This document shows, one piece after another, positions 52,369-62,290 of a stretch of DNA of 64,000 bases. A model generated the notes under the pieces. The model was not told the DNA's origin. It did no database searches and saw nothing but the letters and a program-made list of their open reading frames with translations. Every line of letters begins with the position of its first letter. Position 1 is the stretch's first letter. The stretch is from an uncultured Candidatus Saccharibacteria bacterium (GTDB lineage: Bacteria > Patescibacteriota > Doudnabacteria > UBA920 > 2-01-FULL-46-14), in contig CAZMCQ010000001.1 of assembly GCA_964565195.1 (NCBI GenBank), positions 61,153 through 125,152 on the forward strand. The letters run 5' to 3'. The position numbers and the translations under genes are program-made.

Positions 52369-53548
52369 GATGTTTTGTTGCGTAAACCAGGCCCCGCTCG
52401 CCAAGCCGCGGGAGGTTTTGCCGGTCATGATACATCTGCCTTACCAATGCCGCCGCCGCTTTGGCATCTTGAGCGGGAATCGCATAGCCGCATCCGGCGT
52501 TCTCAATCAGTTCAAACCCGCCACTCTCCTTGTGTAAAAATGCCAAAACCGGTTTGCCGGCAGCCAAATAACCCCAAAGCTTGCCCGGCACAAACGGCGT
52601 CCTGTTCTCCGGGCTTAGGCAAACGAGCCCCACGTCCGCATCCCTGACGAGATAAGGATACTCGGCTTCGGAAACAAAGGGCTTTACCAACACGTTGTTG
52701 ATATTGCCATTCTTTATCAGCTGCTCAATTTTTTTCCTCTCCATGCCGTCCCCGACTAAAAGGAAAATTATATTTTTGAGGTCTGGAACCTGCTTCGCCA
52801 CCTCCAAGATGAATTCCAGTCGCTGCGCCGGCCCGATCACTCCGGCAAAAAGAAAAATAAATTTACCCTGAAACGCCCAACGCGCCCGGAAAGAAATATG
52901 TCGGGTTAAATTCTGATAAGCGCTAACGTCAATCCAATGGGGAATGGTGACAACCTTTTCCGGTGGCACCGCTCTTTTCTCAATGAGGTACTGCCGGCCG
53001 GCTTCCGAATGGAAAGTAAGAATATCCGCGCTTTTATAGGCAGCTTTTTCCATCCATTCAAAAAGCCACACGGCAGGCTTGTATTTCCAGCCGGATAAAA
53101 TCCGCAAATCAATGGCGTTCTGCGGAAAAATATCACCGACTAATAAAATAAATCGCGCCCTGTGCCGCCTCTTTAATGCCCCCGCCGCCAAAGCCAGCGG
53201 CAACGGCGGGGTGAAAACGATAATGGTATCAATTCTGTCCTTGATAAATTTGCTGGCCTTCCAGAAAAATATCAAAGGCATGAGAAGCTGTGAAAATCCC
53301 CGCAGGATAAAGTTAACTTTGCGGTGCGCCAAAATCTTGATGCGAATGATTTTCACTCCGCCTTCCTCGGTCACCTCGGCAAATTTTTTTTGCCGGAATT
53401 CAGCCGGCAAATAATGCCTGGGGTAGGTTGCCAGAACCGAAACCATATACCCGCGCGTGGCCAGCCCTTCTGCCAGCTCCGCGATGATCTGCGCGGCGGA
53501 GGAAACTTCCGGCGGATACATATCCGAAATAATCAAAACATTTTTCAC
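52325..53548 (-). CDS. Glycosyltransferase family 4
   Basis: MKNVLIISDMYPPEVSSAAQII N-terminus and C-terminal EX7E-type region (GLVCLSPE...GKPVLA). 407 aa. Confidence 0.8.
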   Translation of the reverse strand: MKNVLIISDMYPPEVSSAAQIIAELAEGLATRGYMVSVLATYPRHYLPAEFRQKKFAEVTEEGGVKIIRIKILAHRKVNFILRGFSQLLMPLIFFWKASKFIKDRIDTIIVFTPPLPLALAAGALKRRHRARFILLVGDIFPQNAIDLRILSGWKYKPAVWLFEWMEKAAYKSADILTFHSEAGRQYLIEKRAVPPEKVVTIPHWIDVSAYQNLTRHISFRARWAFQGKFIFLFAGVIGPAQRLEFILEVAKQVPDLKNIIFLLVGDGMERKKIEQLIKNGNINNVLVKPFVSEAEYPYLVRDADVGLVCLSPENRTPFVPGKLWGYLAAGKPVLAFLHKESGGFELIENAGCGYAIPAQDAKAAAALVRQMYHDRQNLPRLGERGLVYATKHLSLEKGLDAVEKLF

Positions 53549-54651
53549 CGCCGTTTTCGCACAATTGTTGTCAGCCCGACAATATGCCGGAGCACCTTGC
53601 TGGAAACATTGGCATCGCGATAGTTTCGGGGGGCGTCAAAAATTTCGCCGGCCGCGGCCTGCCGCGTGACAATTTCTATGGCCTTGAGCACTGTCCCGCT
53701 CTCAAACCCGGACAAGATCAGATTACCTTCATCATACGCTTCCGGCCGCTCGGTGCTGCTGCGAAGCTGCACCGCGCGCAGGCCGAGAATGGCCGCCTCT
53801 TCGGGAATCGTGCCGCTGTCGGACAAAATGCAAAATGCTTGCTTTTGCAAATGCACGTAATCAAAAAAACCAAATGGTTCCCGAAATTTTACCAGTTTAT
53901 GGGCTTTGAGGTGATAATCCCAAAGTCGCTTTCTGGTTCTGGGGTGCGTGGTCACTATCAGGGGTAGTTGATACGCTTTGGCTACGGTATTTAATAACTT
54001 CACTGCGTTGCTCAAATTTTTTCTGCTTTCCACAACATCCTCGCGGTGAATGCTTACCACAAAAAAATTGCCCGCGACAACTCTCAATTCCTTTAAAATT
54101 TTTGACTGCCCGATTTGCCGGCCGTAATGCTTATAAATTTCCGCCATGGGCGAGCCGGTCACAAAAATTCTGTCCGGAGGCAGTCCCTCGCGCAGCAAAT
54201 TCAAACGCGCGTGCTCGCTATAAACCAAATTGACATCGCTGATGTGGTCAACAATCCGGCGGTTGATTTCTTCGGGAACGTTTTCGTCAAACGCGCGATT
54301 CCCGGCCTCCATATGGAAAATCGGGATCCCCATCCGTTTGGCGACGATCGCCGAGAGCGCGCTGTTCGTGTCCCCGAGAATCAAAACTGCATCCGGCTTT
54401 TCCTTTTTTAAAACTGCTTCGCTTTTCAACAATACATTCGCAATTTGTGCTCCCAGGGTCTCTGCCTGCACGCCCAAAAAATAATCCGGCTTCCGGATAT
54501 GCAAATCGTCGAAAAAAATCTGGTTCATCTCGTAGTCAAAACTCTGGCCGGTGTGGACCATGATGTGTTCTGTATACTCATCGAGCCGGGCCAACACCCG
54601 CGACAGCTTGATGATCTCGGGCCTAGTACCAAAAATAGTCAGGACCTTCAT
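53545..54651 (-). CDS. wecB: UDP-N-acetylglucosamine 2-epimerase (non-hydrolysing)
   Basis: MKVLTIFGTRPEIIKLSRV...HTGQSFDYEMNQIFFDDL...DSGTIPEEA matches the WecB/MnaA family. Confidence 0.85.
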   Translation of the reverse strand: MKVLTIFGTRPEIIKLSRVLARLDEYTEHIMVHTGQSFDYEMNQIFFDDLHIRKPDYFLGVQAETLGAQIANVLLKSEAVLKKEKPDAVLILGDTNSALSAIVAKRMGIPIFHMEAGNRAFDENVPEEINRRIVDHISDVNLVYSEHARLNLLREGLPPDRIFVTGSPMAEIYKHYGRQIGQSKILKELRVVAGNFFVVSIHREDVVESRKNLSNAVKLLNTVAKAYQLPLIVTTHPRTRKRLWDYHLKAHKLVKFREPFGFFDYVHLQKQAFCILSDSGTIPEEAAILGLRAVQLRSSTERPEAYDEGNLILSGFESGTVLKAIEIVTRQAAAGEIFDAPRNYRDANVSSKVLRHIVGLTTIVRKRR

Positions 54652-55022
54652 ACTGCTTCAAAAAAAGTGTCCGGATCGCTTGGATTAAAAATTTCGCTTA
54701 TCCAAATTAAAAAAGTCATCTCCCCTTTCCCAGTATTTTGAATATTGTGCGTCCAGTTAGGCTCGATCTCCACAATTTTCGGCGCTTCGCCAGAAACATC
54801 GTGTTCCTGCATTTCGTTTGTGGAGCGATTTCGGAGTCTGATTTTCGCGCTTCCTTTTACCACGCAATACTGTTCCGATTTTCTGGCGTGGTAGTGATTG
54901 CCACGTGTCATGCCCGGTTTGGCCGTGACCAAAAGAATCTGACCAGTCACGAAATCGGGAAATTTAAAAACCTCCACCAATCTCCCTCGCGTATCTTCCT
55001 TAACGACCAGCCGTTCAGGCAT
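54648..55022 (-). CDS. WxcM/FdtA-like cupin (sugar keto-isomerase/epimerase)
   Basis: 124-aa cupin with GxxRGNHYH and WISEIF motifs. Confidence 0.65.
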   Translation of the reverse strand: MPERLVVKEDTRGRLVEVFKFPDFVTGQILLVTAKPGMTRGNHYHARKSEQYCVVKGSAKIRLRNRSTNEMQEHDVSGEAPKIVEIEPNWTHNIQNTGKGEMTFLIWISEIFNPSDPDTFFEAV

Positions 55023-56031
55023 AAACTTTGTTCCTGAAGAGACGCAGCTCTTCCTGGATCTCTTCCAGAGACAAAAGCAATTCCCTCAATTCCTCCGCTT
55101 CCAGTCGCTTAGTATTGGCCGAAGTATACCCTCCTTCGGTTAGACCATTCAGGTTTACCCCCTGGATTTCCGGCCCGATTTTAAAATAATCGCGCAAATC
55201 TTCAACGCGCAGAATTTCTTCTGAAGAAATTAAACTCTCGTGCATTTTTTCTCCGGGACGGATCCCGATCTCGATGGTCCCTTTCTCGTAGTCAAAAATT
55301 TCGACCAAGGCCGCGGCCAAATCGCCCATCGTCGCTGCCGGGGTTTTTTTGATATAGATGGCGCCATTACCCCCTTCCATCAGCGCGTACAAAATCAAAT
55401 CAACTGAATCACGGATTGTCATCATAAACCTCGTCATGTTTTTATTGGTCAACGTAATCGGTTTGCCCCCTTTCATCTGTTCGATAAATACCGGAATAAC
55501 TGATCCTCGGGTATAAATTACGTTACCATACCGAGTAACGCAGACTTTGGTTTGCCCCCTTTTTTCACGGGCCGCCGCCAGCATAATGCGTTCCATAAGC
55601 GCCTTGGTCATACCCATAACGCCGATTGGATGAACAGCTTTATCAGTGCTCAAAAGTACGACTCGCTTTACGTTATTGCTAATAGCCGCATTAATGATGT
55701 TATGCGCACCAAGAGTATTGGTTTTGATCGCCTCCAGGGGGAAAAATTCACAATTGGCCACCTGCTTCAAAGCGGCGGCATGAAACACAAAATCCACACC
55801 GTGCATGGCACGATTGACAGAATCCATATCGCGAACGTCCCCAACAATAAACCGCAGCTTGTCATTATTAAATCTATTCCCCATATCAAACTGTTTGTTT
55901 TCATCTCTGCTGAAAATAATGAGTTTCACGGGGTTCAAAGACAAAAGCCGTTCCACGACCGCGTGGCCAAAAGAGCCCGTGCCGCCCGTAATCAAAATCG
56001 TCTTATGCTCAATTGTGTTTTTTTGGTCCAT
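55015..56031 (-). CDS. UDP-sugar 4,6-dehydratase (CapD/PseB/FlaA1-like SDR)
   Basis: ILITGGTGSFGHAVVERLL Rossmann motif, then the YGNVIYTRGSVIP catalytic region. Start at MDQKNTI. Confidence 0.8.
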   Translation of the reverse strand: MDQKNTIEHKTILITGGTGSFGHAVVERLLSLNPVKLIIFSRDENKQFDMGNRFNNDKLRFIVGDVRDMDSVNRAMHGVDFVFHAAALKQVANCEFFPLEAIKTNTLGAHNIINAAISNNVKRVVLLSTDKAVHPIGVMGMTKALMERIMLAAAREKRGQTKVCVTRYGNVIYTRGSVIPVFIEQMKGGKPITLTNKNMTRFMMTIRDSVDLILYALMEGGNGAIYIKKTPAATMGDLAAALVEIFDYEKGTIEIGIRPGEKMHESLISSEEILRVEDLRDYFKIGPEIQGVNLNGLTEGGYTSANTKRLEAEELRELLLSLEEIQEELRLFRNKVYA

Positions 56032-56866
56032 ATGACGAATTATACCTGCTTTCGTAAATTTTCGCATCTACCAAAAACCGATACCAAAAGGCCTGCAGAA
56101 AATGAAAGATGAGGCCGGCCTTGCCGTCCAGAAACCCGAGACGCAGCACATACCGGTAACAAAAATAAAAACAGGCCCGCCAGAACAGCGGCAACTTTAG
56201 ATAAATTTTTTCTTTTAGCCAGCGGGTTCGTTTGGCTTGCCCCGTAAGCCCCGCAGAACTTATTTCCGCGGCGTTAAAGTTTAAAATATCTTCGGCTTCG
56301 CGCCCAGCATACTGGTTATGCTTCGCGATCCACCAGGTAAGTCCCTTGCGGTTCTCATCAATAAAATCAGTTTGCAACCGCTCTGCCCGGCCCGCAAGGA
56401 GGATGGTGTGCTCATCCATGTTCCGGTCTTCCACTTTGCCTTTTCGATAGCGGAACAGCCGTAGTAGCCAAATCGGGTAATAACCGCCATGACGGATCCA
56501 CCGTCCCATAAAATATACGCGGCGCTTTATCAAAAATCCGCTCACGTCTGCTGTGACCTTGGGCAAAACTTCAGTTATCTCTTTCTTTAATTCTTCGGTT
56601 AGATACTCATCGGCATCCAAGCGAAGTACCCAGTCAAATTGGATTGGCAAGTTATCAAGCGCCCAGTTAAATTGTTTGGCATGATTTTCAAACGGGTGCT
56701 GGACAATTTTGGTATCATACCTGCGCGCAATCTCCAAAGTTTTATCGGTGGAAAAAGAGTCAACGACAAAAATCTCTTCCGCCCAGTCCAAAATATTCTC
56801 AAGGCATCGCTCAAGATGCGGCTCCTCGTTGGAGGTCAAAATTATCACGGTAATTTTATTGTTCAT
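56009..56866 (-). CDS. Glycosyltransferase family 2
   Basis: ITVIILTSNEEPHLERCLENI...VVDSFSTD shows the DxD context. 285 aa. Confidence 0.85.
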   Translation of the reverse strand: MNNKITVIILTSNEEPHLERCLENILDWAEEIFVVDSFSTDKTLEIARRYDTKIVQHPFENHAKQFNWALDNLPIQFDWVLRLDADEYLTEELKKEITEVLPKVTADVSGFLIKRRVYFMGRWIRHGGYYPIWLLRLFRYRKGKVEDRNMDEHTILLAGRAERLQTDFIDENRKGLTWWIAKHNQYAGREAEDILNFNAAEISSAGLTGQAKRTRWLKEKIYLKLPLFWRACFYFCYRYVLRLGFLDGKAGLIFHFLQAFWYRFLVDAKIYESRYNSSYGPKKHN

Positions 56867-57975
56867 GCCTGATATCTCTCATATTCGCGGGCCATGGCTT
56901 CCGCGGCCTTACTGCACGAAAATTCCCGACTCACAAGCTCGCGGCCCCATCGTCCCATATTCCTGGCCAAATCCGGATTATTGAAAATTCTTAAAATCGC
57001 TGCCGCAACAAGCTTGACTTCTTTTCCCACCACGAGCCCGGCCCCGGCTTCTGCTACTTCCCCGGCAATCCCTACTCCATCAGTTAAAATTACTGGCACC
57101 CCCACGGCCATTGCTTCCAGGGCAGCCATGCCGAAACTTTCCGAGTCAGACGGCAGAACCAAGACGTCTGCGCGCTCAAGAGCGGCAAGCTTGTCCTGCC
57201 CCGAGAGCATTCCGGTAAAAAGGATCTTATCTTCCAAATGGAAATTGGAAATTAGAAATTGGATATTTTGCTTATAGTGTTTGTGATCAGGCCCGGCAAT
57301 CAACAGAACCGCTTCCGGGATTTGTTTGACAATTGCGGAGAACGCCTCCACGAGCACCTCCAAACCTTTGCCCGGGCTGATTCTTCCTAAAAACAAAATT
57401 ATTTTTTTGCCGTCGCGGCGGGCTCGTTCGCCTTGAGATTGCTCAATGTCAAGGCAGTTGGAGACAACTACTGCGTTTTTTGCCGGAAACCCCAGAGCCA
57501 GGTACTCCTCTTTTTCTTTTGCGGAAGTAAAATGAATGGCGGCGGCATCGGCCAGATTTCTCTTTTCCGCTAGGGCGAGGTACAATTTTTTCTTCAAGCT
57601 ATGATATTGCAGCGGCTCCCGCATCAACGATCCGTGACAGGAGATGACGTATGGCTTATGGTTTTTTTTGGCATAATGCGCGCCAAGCGTGGAGACTGCA
57701 AGAAATACCGAGCTGATATGGACTAAATCAAAATTTTTTACCTTTTCGGCGAGCGCTTTATGCAAAGCTCCAGAATAATACCAGCGCTTGAAGGTTAGAG
57801 GAAAATAATAAACCTTCACCCCGTCTATCACCCGCGTCGCGTCTCGGCCGGTTGTGTAAACAGTCAAATCATGGCCGCGCCTCACAAGTTCGCGGTTCAG
57901 GCCGTGAGCCGCGAGGATCGGCCCGGGCGAGTCTTGTGCTGGCAGATAGCTTGGAATTAAATGCAAAATTTTCAT
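56863..57975 (-). CDS. Glycosyltransferase family 4
   Basis: MKILHLIPSYLP ... GRISPGKGLEVLVEAF ... PSDSESFGMAALEAMAVGVPVI. 370 aa. Confidence 0.85.
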   Translation of the reverse strand: MKILHLIPSYLPAQDSPGPILAAHGLNRELVRRGHDLTVYTTGRDATRVIDGVKVYYFPLTFKRWYYSGALHKALAEKVKNFDLVHISSVFLAVSTLGAHYAKKNHKPYVISCHGSLMREPLQYHSLKKKLYLALAEKRNLADAAAIHFTSAKEKEEYLALGFPAKNAVVVSNCLDIEQSQGERARRDGKKIILFLGRISPGKGLEVLVEAFSAIVKQIPEAVLLIAGPDHKHYKQNIQFLISNFHLEDKILFTGMLSGQDKLAALERADVLVLPSDSESFGMAALEAMAVGVPVILTDGVGIAGEVAEAGAGLVVGKEVKLVAAAILRIFNNPDLARNMGRWGRELVSREFSCSKAAEAMAREYERYQA

Positions 57976-58925
57976 CGCATAATCTTGGTTAAATACTGAC
58001 CCAAAGCGGTGTGGCTTAACCGGTGGCGCAAGGGAGCGGAAAAAAGTCTTCTTCCCAAGAGCAGGCCTGTTTTGAGCCAGAAATTTGGCCTACTACGGCT
58101 GCGAATCCTTTGCTGTAAATCGTCGCGCAATGCTTGCCTGGTTTGGGCGCTCAAATTTCGGCTCTGGCTGAATTTCTCACACAATTCCTGCAGGGAGGCG
58201 GTATCGAGTCCGGCAAGCGGCCGGCCCAGAACTTTTTCCATCATTTTTTTTCGCAGCATAGATCCCAGCTGATTTTGCGTTGGCCAATGCTTGCTCATCA
58301 CTGAAGCCGCGTGCAGGCGGCGCAGGTACAGGATATCAACCAGATTGGCAAACCGCGTCATCAACATCAGCCGGCTCCAGAGCTCCGTATCTTCCACGTG
58401 AAGAAACTCCGGATTATATCCACCCGCTTGTCGGATAATATCGCGCCTCATCATCACCGTGGGGTGGCTGATTGCTGTCTCAAAAAACATTTTCCAAACG
58501 ATAGTCTCATGCTCTCTCGGCTGGTTGAGCGCAACAATCACGCGGCCCTTGCTGTCTGTTTGTTGCATGGCCGTGCCGAGCACGCCAATCTCCGGATGCC
58601 CCGCAAGGTAGCGAAACTGCATCGCCAACCGCCGCGGCAGGCTCACATCATCCGCATCCATACGCGCGATAAGTTCCCCGCGGGCGACGGCCAGGGCCTT
58701 GTTTAACGAATATGACAGGCCAAGGTTGAGATCATTTTTCAGGCGAATGATGCGCGGATCCAAAATTTGGTCTAAAATCTGCGGAGTTTGATCGGTGGAC
58801 CCATCGTCAATGATAATTAGTTCAAAATCCGCGAAGGTTTGGCGCAGAATGCTTTCCGCCGCCTCGCGGAGATATTTTTCCCCGTTGTAAACGGACAAAA
58901 GGACTGATATTCTCGGTATGTTCAT
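57972..58925 (-). CDS. Glycosyltransferase family 2
   Basis: ISVLLSVYNGEKYLREAAESILRQTFADFELIIIDDGSTD...MDADD. 317 aa. Confidence 0.85.
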   Translation of the reverse strand: MNIPRISVLLSVYNGEKYLREAAESILRQTFADFELIIIDDGSTDQTPQILDQILDPRIIRLKNDLNLGLSYSLNKALAVARGELIARMDADDVSLPRRLAMQFRYLAGHPEIGVLGTAMQQTDSKGRVIVALNQPREHETIVWKMFFETAISHPTVMMRRDIIRQAGGYNPEFLHVEDTELWSRLMLMTRFANLVDILYLRRLHAASVMSKHWPTQNQLGSMLRKKMMEKVLGRPLAGLDTASLQELCEKFSQSRNLSAQTRQALRDDLQQRIRSRSRPNFWLKTGLLLGRRLFSAPLRHRLSHTALGQYLTKIMR

Positions 58926-59953
58926 AATTTTTGAATCGCGCGATAGACATCTTCACAAAATTTTTCCACCGTGAACGGCCGGTAGCGTTCGGAATTGATG
59001 AACTGCCAGCCCGCCTGCCGATAGTTTTCATAAACTTCCGTCCCGGCAATAGCTTGTAAATACGCTACCAGACCGTCCAAACTGCCAAAGTCATTGTAAT
59101 TGATATACGCCTTTGGGGGAATATATTGATCCGCGTTCGGCGGCGGCAGGTAGATGGGCACCGTACCGGTCGCCATGGCCATAAAGGGATCAAACTCAAA
59201 ATCTCCGGCCGGGATGGAATTTTGAACGCAAAACGTGAACCAGTATTCCGCGAAGGTTTCCCATTTATCAGGCGCAACCCCCTGATAAAGGTCAGTATAA
59301 AAAGGCGTTGTCCCCGGGATTCTGAAAATATTTGTGGCCGGCGCCTCCATATTCCAGCCAAAACCAAAAAGATCGAGCAGCCGATCCCCCCGTTTTTCAA
59401 AATATCTGATGATCTCGCGGCGGAGCGTGTAGAGTTCGCCCTTCACGCGCGAGAGTTTGTTGGACTGCATGAGAAGGCATAAATTCTTTTTGGGTTTGTG
59501 CAGGTAATACGGGTATTTTTCTTTCGGAAACGGCACTGGCACTTTGAATTCCACAAACTTGTCTGGATATTTTTCCGCAAGATCGCTGAAAGTGGCCAAA
59601 AAAACTTTGTGTAAGGGTAAATAGAAAGGCATATATTCCCAGGCCCAGTGGTTTGTCACCGCGGGTTCAGTGATTAAAAAAAGAACCCGCCGCGGATTGA
59701 TCAGGTTCTGCAGCATAAACAGATACTTTCGCCTTCCCGGCTCAAGCATCAGCCAGTAATCTATCCCGCGGCGGTTTTTATAGACATCATAAGTATGAAG
59801 CTCCATCCCCTTGCCGGCCAGAAATTTTTGCAGGGCCGCAAAACTTTCCACGACCGGCAGGCCGCCCATTTTGCGGTCATAAGCCGACCCCCGCGTCAAA
59901 ATTTCGTCCCGCAGCATTGATTCATGACCCGGGTGTAGCGCGATTTTAATCAC
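58922..59953 (-). CDS. Hypothetical protein in glycan locus (possible glycosyltransferase, family unassigned)
   Basis: 343 aa, translationally coupled to flanking glycosyltransferase and aminotransferase genes. No diagnostic motif recognised. Confidence 0.45.
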   Translation of the reverse strand: MIKIALHPGHESMLRDEILTRGSAYDRKMGGLPVVESFAALQKFLAGKGMELHTYDVYKNRRGIDYWLMLEPGRRKYLFMLQNLINPRRVLFLITEPAVTNHWAWEYMPFYLPLHKVFLATFSDLAEKYPDKFVEFKVPVPFPKEKYPYYLHKPKKNLCLLMQSNKLSRVKGELYTLRREIIRYFEKRGDRLLDLFGFGWNMEAPATNIFRIPGTTPFYTDLYQGVAPDKWETFAEYWFTFCVQNSIPAGDFEFDPFMAMATGTVPIYLPPPNADQYIPPKAYINYNDFGSLDGLVAYLQAIAGTEVYENYRQAGWQFINSERYRPFTVEKFCEDVYRAIQKL

Positions 59954-61034
59954 TTTTGAAAAACTCCTTTATCGACTCGCAAATTTTTGCGATTTGCTCA
60001 TCGCGAAGCTGGCTTGCGGACGGCAGCCACAGTCCCTGCCGCGCGATCCGTTCGGCCACGGGATGGCTTTCCTTCCGGTTATAAACCGCGGTGGCGTGCA
60101 GTGCGGGATAAAACGGCCGGCTGCCGATGTCGTGGTCTTTGAGAAACGCCATCAAATCCTCCCGCCGACTTTCCATCAAAATGTCAATAAACCACGGACA
60201 AACTTGATCCAAATCGGTCGGAATAAATGAAATGCCGGAAATCCCCTGTAAATGCTCACGGTAAAATTTGTAAATTTCTTTCTTGCGCTCCACGCGCCAA
60301 GCAAGTTTTTGCATCTGCTCAATGCCCACCACTGCCTGAAGATCAGTAAATTTGAAATTCCACCCCATGGTCAGGTAATGATCCTCCCCCGACTTCTCGC
60401 GGCCAAAGTCGCGCAGCTTCAAAACGCGCTCCATAATCTTCTGATCATTGGTAATCACAGCCCCGCCCTGCCCTGTGGAAATGATTTTTTGGGAACTGAA
60501 TGAGAGGCAGCCCACATCACCGAAAAGCCCGGCATGCTTGCCGCCCCGAAAAGATCCGAGGGACTGCGCCGCGTCTTCTATGACTTTTATGCCGCGCTCT
60601 CTTGCAAAAGCCAAAATGTTATCCAAAGACAAGGGGTACCGGCCATTGATACTTACCAAAACGATCGCTTTGGTCTTCTCTGTCGCAACCGCTTCCAAAG
60701 ATTTAAAATCCAGGCACAGCGTCTCTTCCTCAATATCCGCAAGTACCACCTCGGCGCCAGTCAGCGCCGCGGCATTGGCACTCGCCACCATGGTGTAGTC
60801 CGGCACGATCACCTCGTCCCCCGCCGTTATGCCCGAGGCATGGAGTGCCAAAAACAATGCTGTAGTGCCATTCGTAGTCACCGAGCAATATTTCGTTCCG
60901 GTGTACCCTGCGATCAGCCGCTCAAATTCGCGCGTTTTGGCAAACTCGGTCACCCAGCCCCCCGATCGCATGTACGCGTAAACGGCCTCCGCCTCCTCGT
61001 CGCCAAACCAAGGTTCCATCTGCGGGGTCGTCAT
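59946..61034 (-). CDS. DegT/DnrJ/EryC1/StrS-family sugar aminotransferase (PLP-dependent)
   Basis: Family-typical N-terminus (PWFGDEEAEAV), VSINGRY and SFSSQKIIS, which is the PLP Lys context. 362 aa. Confidence 0.85.
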   Translation of the reverse strand: MTTPQMEPWFGDEEAEAVYAYMRSGGWVTEFAKTREFERLIAGYTGTKYCSVTTNGTTALFLALHASGITAGDEVIVPDYTMVASANAAALTGAEVVLADIEEETLCLDFKSLEAVATEKTKAIVLVSINGRYPLSLDNILAFARERGIKVIEDAAQSLGSFRGGKHAGLFGDVGCLSFSSQKIISTGQGGAVITNDQKIMERVLKLRDFGREKSGEDHYLTMGWNFKFTDLQAVVGIEQMQKLAWRVERKKEIYKFYREHLQGISGISFIPTDLDQVCPWFIDILMESRREDLMAFLKDHDIGSRPFYPALHATAVYNRKESHPVAERIARQGLWLPSASQLRDEQIAKICESIKEFFKSD

Positions 61035-61576
61035 TTCTTTACGGCCTCGACATTTAGACTAATCAAAGTGCCATGTTTTTTATCCATGTGGGGAATGTAA
61101 GCTTGAGAATAATCATCATAATCTTGGTGAATGGTTTTTCTCCAATCATATCGACGAACCTTTATAAATCCGTTTTTTTTCAGGAGTTTTTTCAAATCCT
61201 GAAAATTGTACACGGTTTTATGATAGATGATTTTTTTGCTTCCTGAAATCGGCCACCGGCCATAAAGCGGCCCGAGGATTTTCCTTAAATCCTGATATTT
61301 CTTATAAACCTTAAGCAGTGCGTCCCAGTCCGGCACAGCCAAATGCAGAACCCCGCCCCGTTTCAAAACCCGACTCCATTCTTTGAGTACTTCTTGGGCT
61401 TCTACGCGATCAAAGTACTCAAAAGTATGAGAACAGTAAATTAAATCCGCCGAATTAGTTTTAAACATTGGCAGTTTATCGATCCTGTGGCGATAATCAA
61501 TGTGCGAAAATTTCGCCCAATCCACATGGACAAATCCGGGAATATATCGTTTGCCGCAGCCCAGATGAAGTTTCAT
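61031..61576 (-). CDS. Class I SAM-dependent methyltransferase
   Basis: LHLGCGKRYIPGFVHVD...GGVLHLAVPD. 181 aa. Confidence 0.7.
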   Translation of the reverse strand: MKLHLGCGKRYIPGFVHVDWAKFSHIDYRHRIDKLPMFKTNSADLIYCSHTFEYFDRVEAQEVLKEWSRVLKRGGVLHLAVPDWDALLKVYKKYQDLRKILGPLYGRWPISGSKKIIYHKTVYNFQDLKKLLKKNGFIKVRRYDWRKTIHQDYDDYSQAYIPHMDKKHGTLISLNVEAVKK

Positions 61577-62286
61577 GGAAAATGCGCGTTATTTATAAAC
61601 AAAGCATCTCCGGTAGTGAGCTGCCCATCCGGATAAGTATGGCAATCATAAAAATTGAAAAGTCTGAAATTATGCTCGCGCAAAAACATTTCCAGTTCGG
61701 AAAAACGCGGCGCGCCAGCGTACTCGTCCACAAATTCCACCTCGGTAACGATAACTTTTATCTTCGGCAACAGGGCGCGCGCTCCCTGAAGGGCGGCGAG
61801 TTCGGATCCTTCCAGATCCAGTTTCAGCACCGCAATGGACTCCTCGCTTGCGACCAGTTTCTCAAGTCTAACCATTGGCACGGAAATAGTTTTTATGAAC
61901 GCCGTGAGTGTCCCGTGATACCGCTCATTGAAAACGCCACGCGCAAAAACAGACGAGGAATAAAGATTGCCGGCGATATGAAAATCAGACACGCCATTGA
62001 AACTGCCGAGGGCCTTGGGTATCACCGTCACCCGGTCGTCTTGGCTGAATTTTTCGCGTAGGCGTCCGGCCAGATCGGGGTTGGCCTCAATGGCGTAAAT
62101 TCTGGGGTGCTGATATTGATTTAACAATAAATCCACAAGCTCTCCTTGATTGCTTCCGCCGTCGATGATCACGGGATGTTCAGTTCGGATCAGCGCTCTG
62201 ACATCAGTCCACAAGCTTCGTCTGGCGTTATTGCCAGTTTTGTTGCCCAACCGCATGCCGATAATTTGTCGCAGACGCTGCAACAT
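61573..62286 (-). CDS. FkbM-family methyltransferase
   Basis: VIIDGGSNQGEL...LKLDLEGSELAALQGA is the FkbM domain pattern. 237 aa. Confidence 0.7.
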   Translation of the reverse strand: MLQRLRQIIGMRLGNKTGNNARRSLWTDVRALIRTEHPVIIDGGSNQGELVDLLLNQYQHPRIYAIEANPDLAGRLREKFSQDDRVTVIPKALGSFNGVSDFHIAGNLYSSSVFARGVFNERYHGTLTAFIKTISVPMVRLEKLVASEESIAVLKLDLEGSELAALQGARALLPKIKVIVTEVEFVDEYAGAPRFSELEMFLREHNFRLFNFYDCHTYPDGQLTTGDALFINNAHFP

Positions 62287-62290
62287 AAAT